Assembly (NCBI GenBank): GCA_963726955.1
Contig: CAVSEC010000007.1
Coordinates: 403,929-467,928, forward strand
Source of the DNA: an uncultured Gemmatimonadales bacterium
GTDB lineage: Bacteria > Gemmatimonadota > Gemmatimonadetes > Gemmatimonadales > GWC2-71-9
DNA: 64,000 nt
Direction: 5' to 3'
Every line of letters begins with the position of its first letter. Position 1 is the stretch's first letter. Position numbers and translations under genes: made by a program. Positions 19,150 to 29,073 of the stretch are shown here, piece after piece. Below the pieces are notes generated by a model. The model worked only from the letters and a program-made list of their open reading frames with translations, had not been told where the DNA came from and searched no databases.

Positions 19150-20013
19150 GTGCCCTATATCATCAACGGCATGCGCGACCTGCTGGCGCGGGGGGAGAAT
19201 CTCCCCACGCTCCCGACGGTCGTCTTTCAGCTCCACAAAGTGCTGGACAACGAGCATGCCGGGGCCTCCGATGTCGCCGCGATCATCGAACGGGATCCCT
19301 CGTTGACCGCGCGGCTGCTGCGGGCGGCCAATTCGGCCGCCTACGCCCGCTCCGGGAGCCGCGTGGGGTCGGTATCGTCGGCGGTCGCCCGGCTCGGGGT
19401 CAATCAGGTCCGCGCCATCTGCATCGCCCTCGCCGTGGTGAAGGCCTTCAGCCAGAAGGCCGGCGGCCTCAATCACGAGGCGTTCTGGACCCACTCGGCC
19501 GCGGTCGGCATGACGGCCAGGCGCCTGTGGGAGCGATTCGGGGAGGACCCGGCGGTCAGCGCGGACGACATGTATGTCGCCGGCCTGCTCCACGACACCG
19601 GACTGCTGGTGCTGGAACAGCACTTCCCCCGGGAATTCATGGAGGCGTTCAACGCCCGCCTGGGGACCGGGGGCAGGCTCTGGCAGGCCGAGGAGGAACA
19701 CCTCGGAATGGACCATGGGGCCGTGGGCGGCCTGCTCCTCGGACGTTGGTCGCTGCCACCATTCATCGCCGAGGCCGTCACCAATCACCACCACCCGCAC
19801 CAGGCGGAAGACCAGCTCCAGTCGCTCTGCCGGGTGGTGCAGGCGGCCGAGGTACTCTGCACCGAATTCGGGGCCGCCCTGATTGACGAAGGGCCGGCGG
19901 ACTGCTCGGCGGCGGATGTCCTGGGGGAGTTGGGGGCGGATGAGGGAACGATCGAAGCGCTCCAGGCCGAGGTCCCGAAGCTTGCCGAGCGGGCACGCGA
20001 ATTCCTTTCTTAA
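19150..20013 (+). CDS. HDOD domain protein
   Basis: LPTLPTVVFQLHKVLDNEHAGASDVAAIIERDPSLTARLLRAANSAAY, VAGLLHDTGLLVL and HLGMDHGAVGGLLLGRWSLP match the HDOD pattern. Confidence 0.8.
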   Translation: MPYIINGMRDLLARGENLPTLPTVVFQLHKVLDNEHAGASDVAAIIERDPSLTARLLRAANSAAYARSGSRVGSVSSAVARLGVNQVRAICIALAVVKAFSQKAGGLNHEAFWTHSAAVGMTARRLWERFGEDPAVSADDMYVAGLLHDTGLLVLEQHFPREFMEAFNARLGTGGRLWQAEEEHLGMDHGAVGGLLLGRWSLPPFIAEAVTNHHHPHQAEDQLQSLCRVVQAAEVLCTEFGAALIDEGPADCSAADVLGELGADEGTIEALQAEVPKLAERAREFLS

Positions 20014-20053
20014 GGAAGAGGAAAGGGCTGGGACAGGGGGTCTGAACTGAGTC

Positions 20054-20079
20054 GGGGGCCCTGCGCATGCAGGGCCCCC
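20054..20079. terminator. hairpin between convergent genes
   Basis: GGGGGCCCTGC-gcat-GCAGGGCCCCC is a perfect 11-bp stem. It lies 40 nt after the HDOD stop and 35 nt after the stop of the minus-strand orphan ORF. Confidence 0.5.
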
Positions 20080-20113
20080 GCGTTGTGGGTCATCCCGAGA
20101 GACGTCCGCGTGA

Positions 20114-20359
20114 TTATGCGGTCCGGCGGGAGAATCGCTGGACCAGGCGGGCGGCAAAGTTGTTGTTGACAACAATCATCAAGAACAGCGCCTTGAGCAT
20201 AGGCCACCTCCACGGCTGGGAAGTCGACAGGGAGCACTGGATTTCTCTTGCAAGAACGGTTCCACTCAAGCCGCGGTGACACTCCAACCACACACGTTTC
20301 TTGAACCACTTGCCGTCCAATGCCTTATCGAGCGGGCCGACGAACCGAGGGCGCAGCAT
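20114..20359 (-). CDS. orphan 81-aa ORF in a lower-GC island
   Basis: The sequence is MLRPRFVGPLDKALDGKWFKKRVWLECHRGLSGTVLAREIQCSLSTSQPWRWPMLKALFLMIVVNNNFAARLVQRFSRRTA*. GGAGG lies 9 nt upstream of the ATG at 20359. A second GGAGG precedes the internal Met at 20200-20198, which begins MLKALF. Hand-counted third-position GC is about 75% against about 56% overall, which favours this frame. I recognise no family. Confidence 0.35.
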   Translation of the reverse strand: MLRPRFVGPLDKALDGKWFKKRVWLECHRGLSGTVLAREIQCSLSTSQPWRWPMLKALFLMIVVNNNFAARLVQRFSRRTA

Positions 20360-20484
20360 GAGTGTGTACCTCCGACGCTGTGGCGTTCGCCCAAGTGACA
20401 CATCTCATTTCCTGCTCAAGTCGATTCTGCCGCCTGTCGAGAATTCAAAGGGTGTCGAGTGTTTCCTTCTTCCCGAGGCGAGAA

Positions 20485-21408
20485 ATGTTTCCTCATAGGT
20501 CTGGCCAGGTGAGCGTTGCCGCAGCCGCGGTCGGCGCGGCCTGGATCGGGGTCATGGTGATGGCGCTGGGGCTGAGCAGCGGAGTGCGCCGGGTCGCGGC
20601 GCAGGAGCCGCAAGGGCCCGCGATCGAGGACAACTCTTTCTTCATCGAGGAGGCCTATAACCAGGAGGCCGGAGTCGTCCAGCACATCAGCACCTTCGCG
20701 GCTTCAGGGGCCCATCACCGGGACCTCGCCTACACCTTCACTCAGGAATGGCCCTTCCACGGACAGACCAACCAGCTCAGCTACACACTTCCCCTGACGC
20801 GCCTCGACGGGCAGAGCAGCGGGCTCGGCGACATCCTGCTCAACTACCGCTATCAGCTGGGTGGAGGGGAGCGGCGCTGGGCTGCTTCACCGCGTCTCAC
20901 CGCGGTGCTCCCCACGGGCAGCGTCAGCCGACAGCTGGGCGACGGCAGCCCCGGCCTGCAGGTCAACCTGCCGATCAGCTACAAGCTCAGCCGCGACGTG
21001 GTCACCCATTGGAACGTGGGAGGGACCATCCTGCCGTGGGCGCAGGGCCCGCAGGCCGGTGGCATCCGCCCGAAGCGAGTGGTGGCCAGCGGTTTTGCAG
21101 GGATGAGCATCATCGGGCCGATCCGCGCCCCGATCCAGTTGATGGTCGAGAATGTAGTGAGCCGGGACGGCGAAATCGGGGCGGGCGGGGTGGTCAGTCA
21201 CTCCAATACCTGGATCTTCTCACCGGGCTTCCGCGCTGCCCTCAACCTGGGGACCCTGCAGATCGTCCCGGGAATCGCGCTGCCGTTCACCCGTTCGGGG
21301 GGTGTCACCTCTCACGACCTGTACCTCTACCTGTCCTTCGAGCACCCGTTCAGCGCCGAAGGCGTGACGGCTGTGAGCGCCGCGGTAGGGACCGAGTCGT
21401 CCGAGTAG
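20485..21408 (+). CDS. outer-membrane beta-barrel protein (MetA/phenol-degradation-like transporter family, from memory)
   Basis: It has a signal peptide (AAWIGVMVMALGLSSGVRRVAAQE). Alternating beta-strand patterns follow, with SSGLGDILLNYRYQL and the C-terminal ...LYLYLSFEHPF. Confidence 0.5.
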   Translation: MFPHRSGQVSVAAAAVGAAWIGVMVMALGLSSGVRRVAAQEPQGPAIEDNSFFIEEAYNQEAGVVQHISTFAASGAHHRDLAYTFTQEWPFHGQTNQLSYTLPLTRLDGQSSGLGDILLNYRYQLGGGERRWAASPRLTAVLPTGSVSRQLGDGSPGLQVNLPISYKLSRDVVTHWNVGGTILPWAQGPQAGGIRPKRVVASGFAGMSIIGPIRAPIQLMVENVVSRDGEIGAGGVVSHSNTWIFSPGFRAALNLGTLQIVPGIALPFTRSGGVTSHDLYLYLSFEHPFSAEGVTAVSAAVGTESSE

Positions 21409-21432
21409 CGACGGCCGAGAGACCCACGCCGA

Positions 21433-21468
21433 GTCGGCCCGCGCGAATGCGCGGGCCGACTTGCATTT
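21433..21468 (+). terminator. rho-independent terminator after the OMP gene
   Basis: GTCGGCCCGCGC-gaat-GCGCGGGCCGAC is a perfect 12-bp stem, followed by TTGCATTT. Confidence 0.6.
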
Positions 21469-21607
21469 CGGCCACTGCCGCAGGCGGGTGACGCAGCAGC
21501 ACCGGGGTCTGTCATCTCTGGTGTGGCCGATGCCGCGACGACCGGTCACCGCGCGGGCGCGATGTGAACATACCCTCACGTGAAGCCCGAGGGGGCGAGA
21601 GCGACGT

Positions 21608-21634
21608 TCAACCTCACGGCACTCTGGCCGATAA
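21608..21634 (+). promoter_or_regulatory. sigma-28 (FliA) type promoter upstream of the first MCP gene
   Basis: TCAA(21608-11)-N15-GCCGATAA(21627-34). The -10 box is a perfect match to the remembered consensus TAAA-N15-GCCGATAA. It lies 80 nt upstream of the ATG at 21714. Confidence 0.6.
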
Positions 21635-21713
21635 TCACACTCTGACCGACGGGTTCGGCCATGTGCCGCCCACGCAGCGGCACGAAACAGGATCACTACT
21701 CTCGAGAATCGCC

Positions 21714-23450
21714 ATGGGAAACTTCCAGAATTGGGGCGTGAAGACCAAACTCTTCCTCCTCGTCGGCCTCGCCGTGGCCGGCCTCATCGCCAGCGCCGCC
21801 ATCGGGTATATCGCGATCGAAAAGGTGAAGGTGCACGGGCCCGTCTACGAATCGATGATCACCCAGAAGGATCTCCTGGGCGATGCCCTCCCTCCGCCGC
21901 TCTCTCTACTGGAACCCTACATGCTGGCGTTGAAGATTCCCGCGGAGGATCACCCGGGGGATCGCGCCGCGTACATCGGTCGCGCCGACTCCATACGGGC
22001 GATCTACCTGGCTCGAAGGTCGTACTGGATGGAGCAGCTCCCCGAGGGACCGGAGCGCAAAGTGCTGCTGGAGCAGGTGCTGCCGCCGGCCGATCGATTC
22101 TACTCGATCTGGGAAAGCGCCTACCTGCCGGCCGTACACCGGGGCGACTTTGCCGCCGCTCGAAAGGTGACGGAGACCGACCTGGACAGTCTGTACAAGG
22201 CGAGCGCGACCGCCGTGGTCGGGATCCTGGCCCTCGGCAATGCGGAGGCAGCGCGTCTCGATGCCGTCGCGGAGGGAATTGATGAGGCCCCCAAGCGTGA
22301 ACTGATCGGCCTGGCGGTGGGGGTCGCCATTGTCCTGTCGCTCGTCGGCTGGATGGTGATGCGACAGATCCTGAGCAATCTGGTGAGTACGGTCGGGGCC
22401 CTGCAGACCGCCGCGACCGGCGATCTGACTGTCCGGACCGGCGTCACCACCACGGACGAATTCGGCCAGATCGCGGGCGCACTGGACGCCTTTCTCGGGA
22501 GCATGCGGGAGAGCATCGCCTCGATTGCGAACAACGCGACCGCACTCGCCTCAACTGCGGAAGAGCTCACCAACGTGAGCCAGACGATGAGCGCCGGCGC
22601 CGAAGAGACCGCGGTGCAGTCGAACGTCGTGGCGCGAGCCACCGACGGGGTCAATCGCAACGTGCAGACGGTCGCCGCGGCCTCGGAGGAGATGAGCGCC
22701 AGCATCCAGGAGATTTCCAAGAATGCCTCCGAGGCAGCGCGGGTCGCCTCGGAAGCGGTGTCGGCGGCGGACCAGGCCAACGAGACGATCTCCCGGCTGG
22801 GCAAGTCCAGTGATGAGATCGGCGCGGTGATCAAGACGATCACCTCGATCGCCGAACAGACCAATCTGCTCGCCCTCAACGCCACGATCGAGGCGGCGCG
22901 GGCCGGGGAAGCGGGCAAGGGCTTCGCAGTGGTGGCGAACGAAGTGAAGGAGCTCGCCAAGGAGACGGCGAGGGCGACCGAGGACATCAGTCGCAAGATT
23001 CAGACGATTCAGGCCGACACCCATTCCGCGGTACAGGCGATTCAGGGGATTGGCCGGGTGGTGGGGCTCATCAGCGCGGCCCAGAATACGATCGCCAGTG
23101 CCGTCGAGGAGCAGACCGCCACGACCAACGAGATCAACCGCAACCTGGCCGAGGCCGCGACGGGCGCCTCGGAGATCGTGCAGAACGTCGCGGGCGTCGC
23201 CACCGCCGCCAACGAGACTACGCGAGGGGCCAACGATACCCAGCAGGCGGCAGCGGAACTGGCCCGCATGGCGGCGGCGCTCCAGGACCTGGTGCGGCAG
23301 TTCCGCTACGAAGAGCGCGATCGACGGACCCAGCCGAGCCCGGCTCGGCGGGTCGCCGTTCAGATGCCCGCCGCACCGGACGGTGTCGAGCTGAACGAGT
23401 ATGGCCGGGCGTTCGCCGCCAGCCGGCAGCCGTCCGTCGAAGCCGACTGA
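21714..23450 (+). CDS. methyl-accepting chemotaxis protein, 2 TM with a periplasmic helical sensor, HAMP and MA domains
   Basis: TM1 is [24 protein letters not shown] and TM2 is [20 protein letters not shown]. The HAMP region contains [22 protein letters not shown]. The signalling hairpin core is [38 protein letters not shown]. Confidence 0.9.
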   Translation: MGNFQNWGVKTKLFLLVGLAVAGLIASAAIGYIAIEKVKVHGPVYESMITQKDLLGDALPPPLSLLEPYMLALKIPAEDHPGDRAAYIGRADSIRAIYLARRSYWMEQLPEGPERKVLLEQVLPPADRFYSIWESAYLPAVHRGDFAAARKVTETDLDSLYKASATAVVGILALGNAEAARLDAVAEGIDEAPKRELIGLAVGVAIVLSLVGWMVMRQILSNLVSTVGALQTAATGDLTVRTGVTTTDEFGQIAGALDAFLGSMRESIASIANNATALASTAEELTNVSQTMSAGAEETAVQSNVVARATDGVNRNVQTVAAASEEMSASIQEISKNASEAARVASEAVSAADQANETISRLGKSSDEIGAVIKTITSIAEQTNLLALNATIEAARAGEAGKGFAVVANEVKELAKETARATEDISRKIQTIQADTHSAVQAIQGIGRVVGLISAAQNTIASAVEEQTATTNEINRNLAEAATGASEIVQNVAGVATAANETTRGANDTQQAAAELARMAAALQDLVRQFRYEERDRRTQPSPARRVAVQMPAAPDGVELNEYGRAFAASRQPSVEAD

Positions 23451-23522
23451 GTCAGGCGTCCGACTCGGCCGGGCACGAGGATGCAGGGGAGGGGAGTCAC
23501 TTTCAGCCAGGATGGGCAAGGT

Positions 23523-25871
23523 ATGCGCTGGACAATTCAACGTATGCTGATCGGCCTTGGCGCCATCGGCGCCGTGGTGGCCCTCGTGGTGGGCGAGGTG
23601 GGGTACTACTCGACCGTGGAGGCCGCCAACAGCGAGGCGCTCCTCAATCGCGAGGCGCGAGCCCTCCGCCGAGAAATGCTCGCGGACATGATGCACGACG
23701 CCTTGCGGGCGGATGTACAACGCGCGCTCCTCGCTGCCCGGATTGCGCCGCAGGATCGTGACTCGGTCCTCGCGGATGTGACGGAGCATGTTCAGACCTT
23801 TCGCGCTGCCCTGGCGGACAGCGACCTGCAGGCGGGTGGCCCTCCCATTCACCAGGTGCTCTCCGAAATACAGCCGGCGGCTGACGACTACCTCGCGACT
23901 GCGCAGGCCCTCGCGGCCCTGGCCTTCCGGGATCGGGTCCTGGCAGAGCAGCGATTCGGCCAGTTCCAGACCGCGTTCGAGCGGCTGGAGGTCGGCATGG
24001 AGAATCTCGGTGATGCGGTGCTGCAGGAGGGAGAAGGGGTCCAGGCATGGGCGGCAGAGCAGGGCATTCGCTCGCGAAGGTTGATCCGGATGTTCGCGAT
24101 CCTGGGGCTCGGCATTTCGATATTCATCGGCTGGGCGGTTGCCCGTCGGGTGACGCGTGAAGTCAGGGAGATTCAGCGGGTGACCACACTGGTCGGCGCC
24201 GGTGACTTCCGGGAGGAGGCACGGGTACTCAGCCGGAACGAACTGGGAGAGACGGCGCGCGCCCTCAACCAGGCGATCCACGGCATGCGCACCGCCCTCG
24301 CGGCCGAGCGGGTCGACTGGCAGGACGTCGGGCGGCAGCGCGCCGAGGTGATTCGGATCCGGCAGCTGGTCGAGAACGCGCCGGTCAATATCATGTATGC
24401 CGATCGGGATCTGACACTGCAGTACATGAATCCGGCGGCGAGCAGCACCTTCCGCAAGCTGGAGCGGTACCTCCCGGTGAAGGTGGAAGAGATGTTGGGC
24501 AAGTCAATCGACATCTTCCATCGCAATCCGGCGCACCAGCGGGACCTGCTGGGCGTCGCCGCGAATCTGCCGCATCGCGCGCAGATCCAGGTCGGTCCGG
24601 AGACGCTCGATTTCATGGCCTGCGCCATCAAGGATGACCACGGCGAACACATCGGCACGATGGTGACCTGGGAGTTGATCACCTCGAGACTGGCGTCGGA
24701 GCAGCAGGTCAAGGATGCGCAGGCGGCGCAGCTGCGGACGGCCGAGGAGCGCCGGAAGACCGAGCAGGCGGAGTCGGAGCGCCGCCAGCATGAAGGGTCG
24801 GAGCGCGAGGCGGAGCAGCACAGCCGGGCGGAAGTGGAGCGAGCCAGGGCGTCGGAGCTGCGCGCCAAGGTGGACGAAATCCTCGCGGTGGTGGATGCTG
24901 CGGGCCAGGGCGATCTCACCCGCGAGATCTCGGTGCGGGGGGAGGATGCCATCGGCCGGTTGGGCGAAGGACTGACCACCTTCTTCCGCAATCTGCGCGG
25001 CAGCGTCGCGAACATCGCCCGGACGGCGGAGACGGTCGCCACGACCTCGACGCAGGTGAACGCGGTTGGGCAGCGGCTGGGCGGCGCGGCTGGCGAGACG
25101 GCTGCGCAGGCGAGCGTGGTCTCGACGGCGGCGGAGGAGGTCTCGCGCAACGTGCAGACGGTGGCGTCGGGGACGGAAGAGATGAGCGCTTCGATCCGCG
25201 AGATCGCGAAGAATGCGTCGGAGGCCGCCCGGGTGGCGCTGCAGGCGGTGAAGGTGGCGGAGCGAACCAACGGCACGGTAGGGAAGCTGGGCGAGTCGAG
25301 CGCCGAGATCGGAAAGGTCATCAAGGTGATCACCTCGATCGCGCAGCAGACCAATCTGCTGGCTCTCAACGCCACCATCGAGGCGGCCCGCGCCGGCGAG
25401 GCGGGCAAGGGCTTCGCCGTCGTGGCCAACGAGGTCAAGGAACTCGCCAAGGAGACCGCACGTGCCACCGAGGAGATCGGGCGGAAGATCGAGGCGATTC
25501 AGGCCGACACCGGCGACGCGGTGAGCGCCATTCGGGAGATCAGCGATATCATCGGCCAGATCAGTGGCATCCAGACCACGATCGCGGGCGCGGTCGAGGA
25601 ACAGACGGCCACGACCAACGAGATGAGCCGGAACGTTTCGGAGGCCGCGCGCGGGGCGCAGGAGATCGCGCAGAACATCCAGGGTGTTGCGACCACCGCC
25701 CAGAGCACGACGGAGGGTGCGACTCAGAGCCAGACCGCGGCCGGCGAGCTCGCCCGTGCCGCCCGTGAGCTGCAGGCCCTCGTGGCCCAGTTCCGCTATG
25801 AGGAGGCGGGCGCCTCGGTGCGGGGTCGGGCCTCACGTCCGGTGGCGCGCCTCGCCGGGGCGAAAGCCTAG
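23523..25871 (+). CDS. methyl-accepting chemotaxis protein, 2 TM-HAMP-PAS-coiled coil-HAMP-MA
   Basis: TM segments are [21 protein letters not shown] and [18 protein letters not shown]. The PAS module reads [30 protein letters not shown]...[11 protein letters not shown]. An E/R-rich coil and [22 protein letters not shown] follow. The core is [38 protein letters not shown]. Confidence 0.9.
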   Translation: MRWTIQRMLIGLGAIGAVVALVVGEVGYYSTVEAANSEALLNREARALRREMLADMMHDALRADVQRALLAARIAPQDRDSVLADVTEHVQTFRAALADSDLQAGGPPIHQVLSEIQPAADDYLATAQALAALAFRDRVLAEQRFGQFQTAFERLEVGMENLGDAVLQEGEGVQAWAAEQGIRSRRLIRMFAILGLGISIFIGWAVARRVTREVREIQRVTTLVGAGDFREEARVLSRNELGETARALNQAIHGMRTALAAERVDWQDVGRQRAEVIRIRQLVENAPVNIMYADRDLTLQYMNPAASSTFRKLERYLPVKVEEMLGKSIDIFHRNPAHQRDLLGVAANLPHRAQIQVGPETLDFMACAIKDDHGEHIGTMVTWELITSRLASEQQVKDAQAAQLRTAEERRKTEQAESERRQHEGSEREAEQHSRAEVERARASELRAKVDEILAVVDAAGQGDLTREISVRGEDAIGRLGEGLTTFFRNLRGSVANIARTAETVATTSTQVNAVGQRLGGAAGETAAQASVVSTAAEEVSRNVQTVASGTEEMSASIREIAKNASEAARVALQAVKVAERTNGTVGKLGESSAEIGKVIKVITSIAQQTNLLALNATIEAARAGEAGKGFAVVANEVKELAKETARATEEIGRKIEAIQADTGDAVSAIREISDIIGQISGIQTTIAGAVEEQTATTNEMSRNVSEAARGAQEIAQNIQGVATTAQSTTEGATQSQTAAGELARAARELQALVAQFRYEEAGASVRGRASRPVARLAGAKA

Positions 25872-25905
25872 CGAGGCGCCATCGGGGTCCGCGGGGGAAA
25901 GAACT

Positions 25906-25938
25906 GCCGCCGGCCGGAGAGTTTCTCCGGTCGGCGGC
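25906..25938 (+). terminator. hairpin after the second MCP gene
   Basis: GCCGCCGGCCGGAGA-gtt-TCTCCGGTCGGCGGC is a 15-bp stem with one mismatch, followed by CTGCTGCGCTTT. Confidence 0.5.
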
Positions 25939-26051
25939 CTGCTGCGCTTTGGTAACTGGTTGCTGCGCCAGCACTTCGGATCTGGCCCCTGAACTGCTCT
26001 TGTCACCTCGAATCGCTGGCAGTTCGGAGTAGCGGGCCGAGGTGTGGCCGC

Positions 26052-26078
26052 TCAACGAATTCATCGGGGCGACCGATA
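26052..26078 (+). promoter_or_regulatory. candidate sigma-28 type promoter upstream of cheA
   Basis: TCAA(26052-55)-N15/16-(G)ACCGATAC(26071-79). It lies about 65 nt upstream of the cheA ATG. The -10 match is weaker than at 21627. Confidence 0.4.
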
Positions 26079-26141
26079 CTCCCGACATCGAGTGGTTCCC
26101 CCACAGAGTCGCGGTCGACGACCGGCGCCGGAGAAGAACGC

Positions 26142-28421
26142 ATGAGCGACATGGACGAGATCGTCAAGGAGTTCCTGGTCGAGAGTACCGAGGGCCTTGA
26201 TACGCTGGATCGCAACCTCGTTGCGCTCGAGAAGAAACCGGGCGACAAGGAGCTGATGGGCGGGATCTTCCGCGCCATCCACACGATCAAGGGCACCAGC
26301 GGGTTCCTCGGCTTCGGGCGGCTGGAATCAGTGGCCCATGTCGGCGAGAGTCTGCTCTCCGATCTGCGGGACGGCAAGAAGACGCTCACCCCGGAGATCA
26401 CCAGTGCGCTGCTGCAGCTGGTGGACGCCGTGCGGTCGATCCTCGGTGCCATCGAAAGCACCGGGGTGGACGGCCAGGACGACTTCGTTCCGCTCGTCGA
26501 GCTGCTGACGCGGCTGCAGAAGGGGGAGGCCGTCGCGGGAAAAGCTGAGGGGGCCGGGACGCCCGCAAAGGCGACACAGGCGGCGAAGCCGGAGCCGGCC
26601 GAGGTGGCAGCCGCCACCCCCGCGCCCGACGTCGCGTCCATCCCGGCCCCCGCAGCCGTGCCGGCCCCGGTCTCTGCCGTCCCCGTCGGCGAGGGCGCGG
26701 AAGCCAAGGGTCCGCAGGCGACCGACAGCAATATCCGGGTGGACGTGAGTCTGCTCGACAAGCTCATGAATCTGGTCGGCGAGCTGGTGCTGGCTCGGAA
26801 CCAGATCCTGCAGTACACCGCGACGCAGGAGGACAGCAGCTTCGTCGCGACCACGCAGCGCCTCAATCTCATCACCACCGAGCTGCAGGAAGGGGTCATG
26901 AAGACCCGCATGCAGCCGATCGGCAATATCTGGACCAAATTCCCGCGCGTGGTCCGCGACCTCGCGCTGGCCTGCAAGAAGCAGGTCCGCATCGAGATGG
27001 AAGGCAAGGAGACCGAACTCGACAAGACCATCATCGAAGCCATCAAGGATCCGCTCACCCACATCGTGCGCAACTCGGTGGACCACGGGATCGAGCTTCC
27101 CGCGGACCGGGTGGCGCGGGGCAAGCCGGCGGAGGGGTGCCTGCTGTTGCGCGCCTACCACGAGGGCGGCCAGGTGAACATCGAGATCTCCGATGACGGC
27201 GGCGGGGTCAACGTCGATCGGGTGAAGGCCAAGGCGATACAGAAAGGGTTGATCACCGCGGAGCAGGCGGCACGGATGGCCGACCGCGAGGTCGTCACCA
27301 TGATCTTCGCTCCAGGCTTCTCGACGGCCGAGCAGGTCAGCAACGTCTCCGGCCGCGGTGTGGGCATGGATGTCGTGAAGACCAACATCGAGAAGATTGG
27401 CGGCACGGTCGACATTCACAGTGTGGCGGGCCAGGGGACCACCCTCAAGATCAAGATTCCGCTCACGCTTGCCATCATCCCCGCGCTGATCGTGACCAGG
27501 GGTGGAGATCGCTTCGCGATCCCGCAGGTGTCACTGCTGGAACTGGTGCGGCTGGAGGGCGATGAGACCGGCAACTGCATCGAGATGGTCCACGGCTCGC
27601 CGGTCTATCGGCTGCGCGGCCGGCTGCTGCCGCTGGTGCACCTCTCGGATGCGCTGGGGCTCACCACCGGCGCCGCGATGGCGCCGAGGACACCGGATGA
27701 TGTCGTGAACATCGTCATCCTGCAGGCCGACGAACACAGCTTCGGGCTGGTGGTGGACGAGATCAACGACACCGAGGAGATCGTGGTCAAGCCGCTGGGG
27801 AAGCAGCTCAAGGGGATCAGCGCCTTTGCGGGCGCGACCATCATGGGCGACGGGCGGGTGGCCCTCATCCTGGACGTCCTCGGCATCGCGCAGAAATCGG
27901 CGGTGGTGTCCGAGGCGCGGGTCCGCGGTCAGGCGGAGGTCGTGGATACGCTGCGCGCTGCCGGCGACGAGAAGCAGATGCTGCTGCTGTTCCGCCTCGG
28001 CGAGGACCGCCGGATGGCCATCCCGCTCTCGATGGTGGCGCGCCTCGAGGAATTTCCCCGGAGCGCCGTGGAACGGGCCGGTGCCCACCAGGTGGTCCAG
28101 TACCGGGATCGCCTGCTGCCGCTGCTGCGCCTCACGGAGCTCCTTGGTGAGGCAGGCGGCACAGGGGAGGAGCGGGATCCCATTCCGGTCGTCGTCTACG
28201 CCCACGAGGGGCGTGATGTCGGGCTCGTGGTGGAGAACATCGTGGACATTGTGGAGGAGCACCTCACGGTGCACCGCCGGCAGCGGCCGGGCGCGGTGTA
28301 CGGCACGGCGGTGATTCAGCAAAAGGTCACCGACCTGCTGGACGTGCGGGCCCTCATCGAGGGCGCCGACGTCCTGCTGTTCGCCGGCGCCGATGTCGAA
28401 ACCGTCGGCGCGGGAGCCTGA
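26142..28421 (+). CDS. cheA: chemotaxis histidine kinase CheA (P1, no P2, P3, P4, two P5/CheW-like domains)
   Basis: P1 is FRAIHTIKGTSGFLG. An Ala/Pro-rich linker replaces P2. P3 is IRVDVSLLDKLMNLVGELVLARNQ. P4 carries DPLTHIVRNSVDHGIE, ISDDGGGV and SGRGVGMDVVK. Two CheW-like segments follow (RFAIPQVSLLELVRL...IMGDGRVALILDV and MLLLFRLGEDRRMAIPLSMVARLEEF...VIQQKVTDLLDV). Confidence 0.95.
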   Translation: MSDMDEIVKEFLVESTEGLDTLDRNLVALEKKPGDKELMGGIFRAIHTIKGTSGFLGFGRLESVAHVGESLLSDLRDGKKTLTPEITSALLQLVDAVRSILGAIESTGVDGQDDFVPLVELLTRLQKGEAVAGKAEGAGTPAKATQAAKPEPAEVAAATPAPDVASIPAPAAVPAPVSAVPVGEGAEAKGPQATDSNIRVDVSLLDKLMNLVGELVLARNQILQYTATQEDSSFVATTQRLNLITTELQEGVMKTRMQPIGNIWTKFPRVVRDLALACKKQVRIEMEGKETELDKTIIEAIKDPLTHIVRNSVDHGIELPADRVARGKPAEGCLLLRAYHEGGQVNIEISDDGGGVNVDRVKAKAIQKGLITAEQAARMADREVVTMIFAPGFSTAEQVSNVSGRGVGMDVVKTNIEKIGGTVDIHSVAGQGTTLKIKIPLTLAIIPALIVTRGGDRFAIPQVSLLELVRLEGDETGNCIEMVHGSPVYRLRGRLLPLVHLSDALGLTTGAAMAPRTPDDVVNIVILQADEHSFGLVVDEINDTEEIVVKPLGKQLKGISAFAGATIMGDGRVALILDVLGIAQKSAVVSEARVRGQAEVVDTLRAAGDEKQMLLLFRLGEDRRMAIPLSMVARLEEFPRSAVERAGAHQVVQYRDRLLPLLRLTELLGEAGGTGEERDPIPVVVYAHEGRDVGLVVENIVDIVEEHLTVHRRQRPGAVYGTAVIQQKVTDLLDVRALIEGADVLLFAGADVETVGAGA

Positions 28422-28426
28422 GCCCC

Positions 28427-28876
28427 ATGGCCATCGAACGTCAGTTCTGCACCTTCTTTCTCGACTCGCTCTTTCTTGGCATCGAAGTGCAGCAGGTCCA
28501 GGAAGTGATACGCCGCCAGACCATGACGCGGGTACCCCTCGCGCCGCGGGCGGTGCGCGGCCTCATCAATCTGCGCGGCCAGATCGTCACCGCCGTCGAC
28601 CTGCGGGAGCGACTGGGGCTGCCACCGCTTGCAGCCGATCGGGAACCGATGAACGTCGTGGTCCGCACGGAAGAGGGGGCGGTGAGCCTGCTCGTCGACG
28701 AGATCGGTGATGTGCTGGAGACCGAGGAGCACCAGTATGAACCGCTGCCCGAGACCCTGCCGGCCCAGGCCCGCGCGCTGATGCGGGGCGTCTACAAGCT
28801 CCCGGGCCGACTGCTGCTGATTCTCGATACCGCCAAGGTGCTCGCCACCGAGCCCGTTGGATCCGGTGCGCGCTGA
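28427..28876 (+). CDS. cheW: chemotaxis coupling protein CheW
   Basis: QFCTFFLDSLFLGIEVQQVQEVIR...PRAVRGLINLRGQIVTAVDLRERLGL...LLVDEIGDVLE...RLLLILDTAKV is present. Confidence 0.9.
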   Translation: MAIERQFCTFFLDSLFLGIEVQQVQEVIRRQTMTRVPLAPRAVRGLINLRGQIVTAVDLRERLGLPPLAADREPMNVVVRTEEGAVSLLVDEIGDVLETEEHQYEPLPETLPAQARALMRGVYKLPGRLLLILDTAKVLATEPVGSGAR

Positions 28877-29073
28877 GATGGGCCCGCTGCTGTCCGTCCT
28901 GTCACTGGCGCTGATTGCGGCGGAGGTCGCGGCAGCTGCCTGCGTCACCCGCGCGCGAGGCCTGGGTGATGGCCTGCCCGCTCGATCACTCCGGCCATCC
29001 CGGGATCTCAAGTGGGCTGCCGCACGTACCCGCGCCGTTGACGGCGGCGCTTCACTGGTAACGCAGGGAGTGC

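Noticed and set aside
20019-20040. GAGGAAAGGGCTGGGAC, which resembles the conserved GAGGAAAGTCCGGGC box of RNase P RNA.
   Set aside because: It overlaps the HDOD stop region. None of the other universally conserved RNase P elements follow in the next 400 nt on either strand, for example the GGTAAGAGCGCACC-like or ACAGAACCCGGCTTA-like segments.
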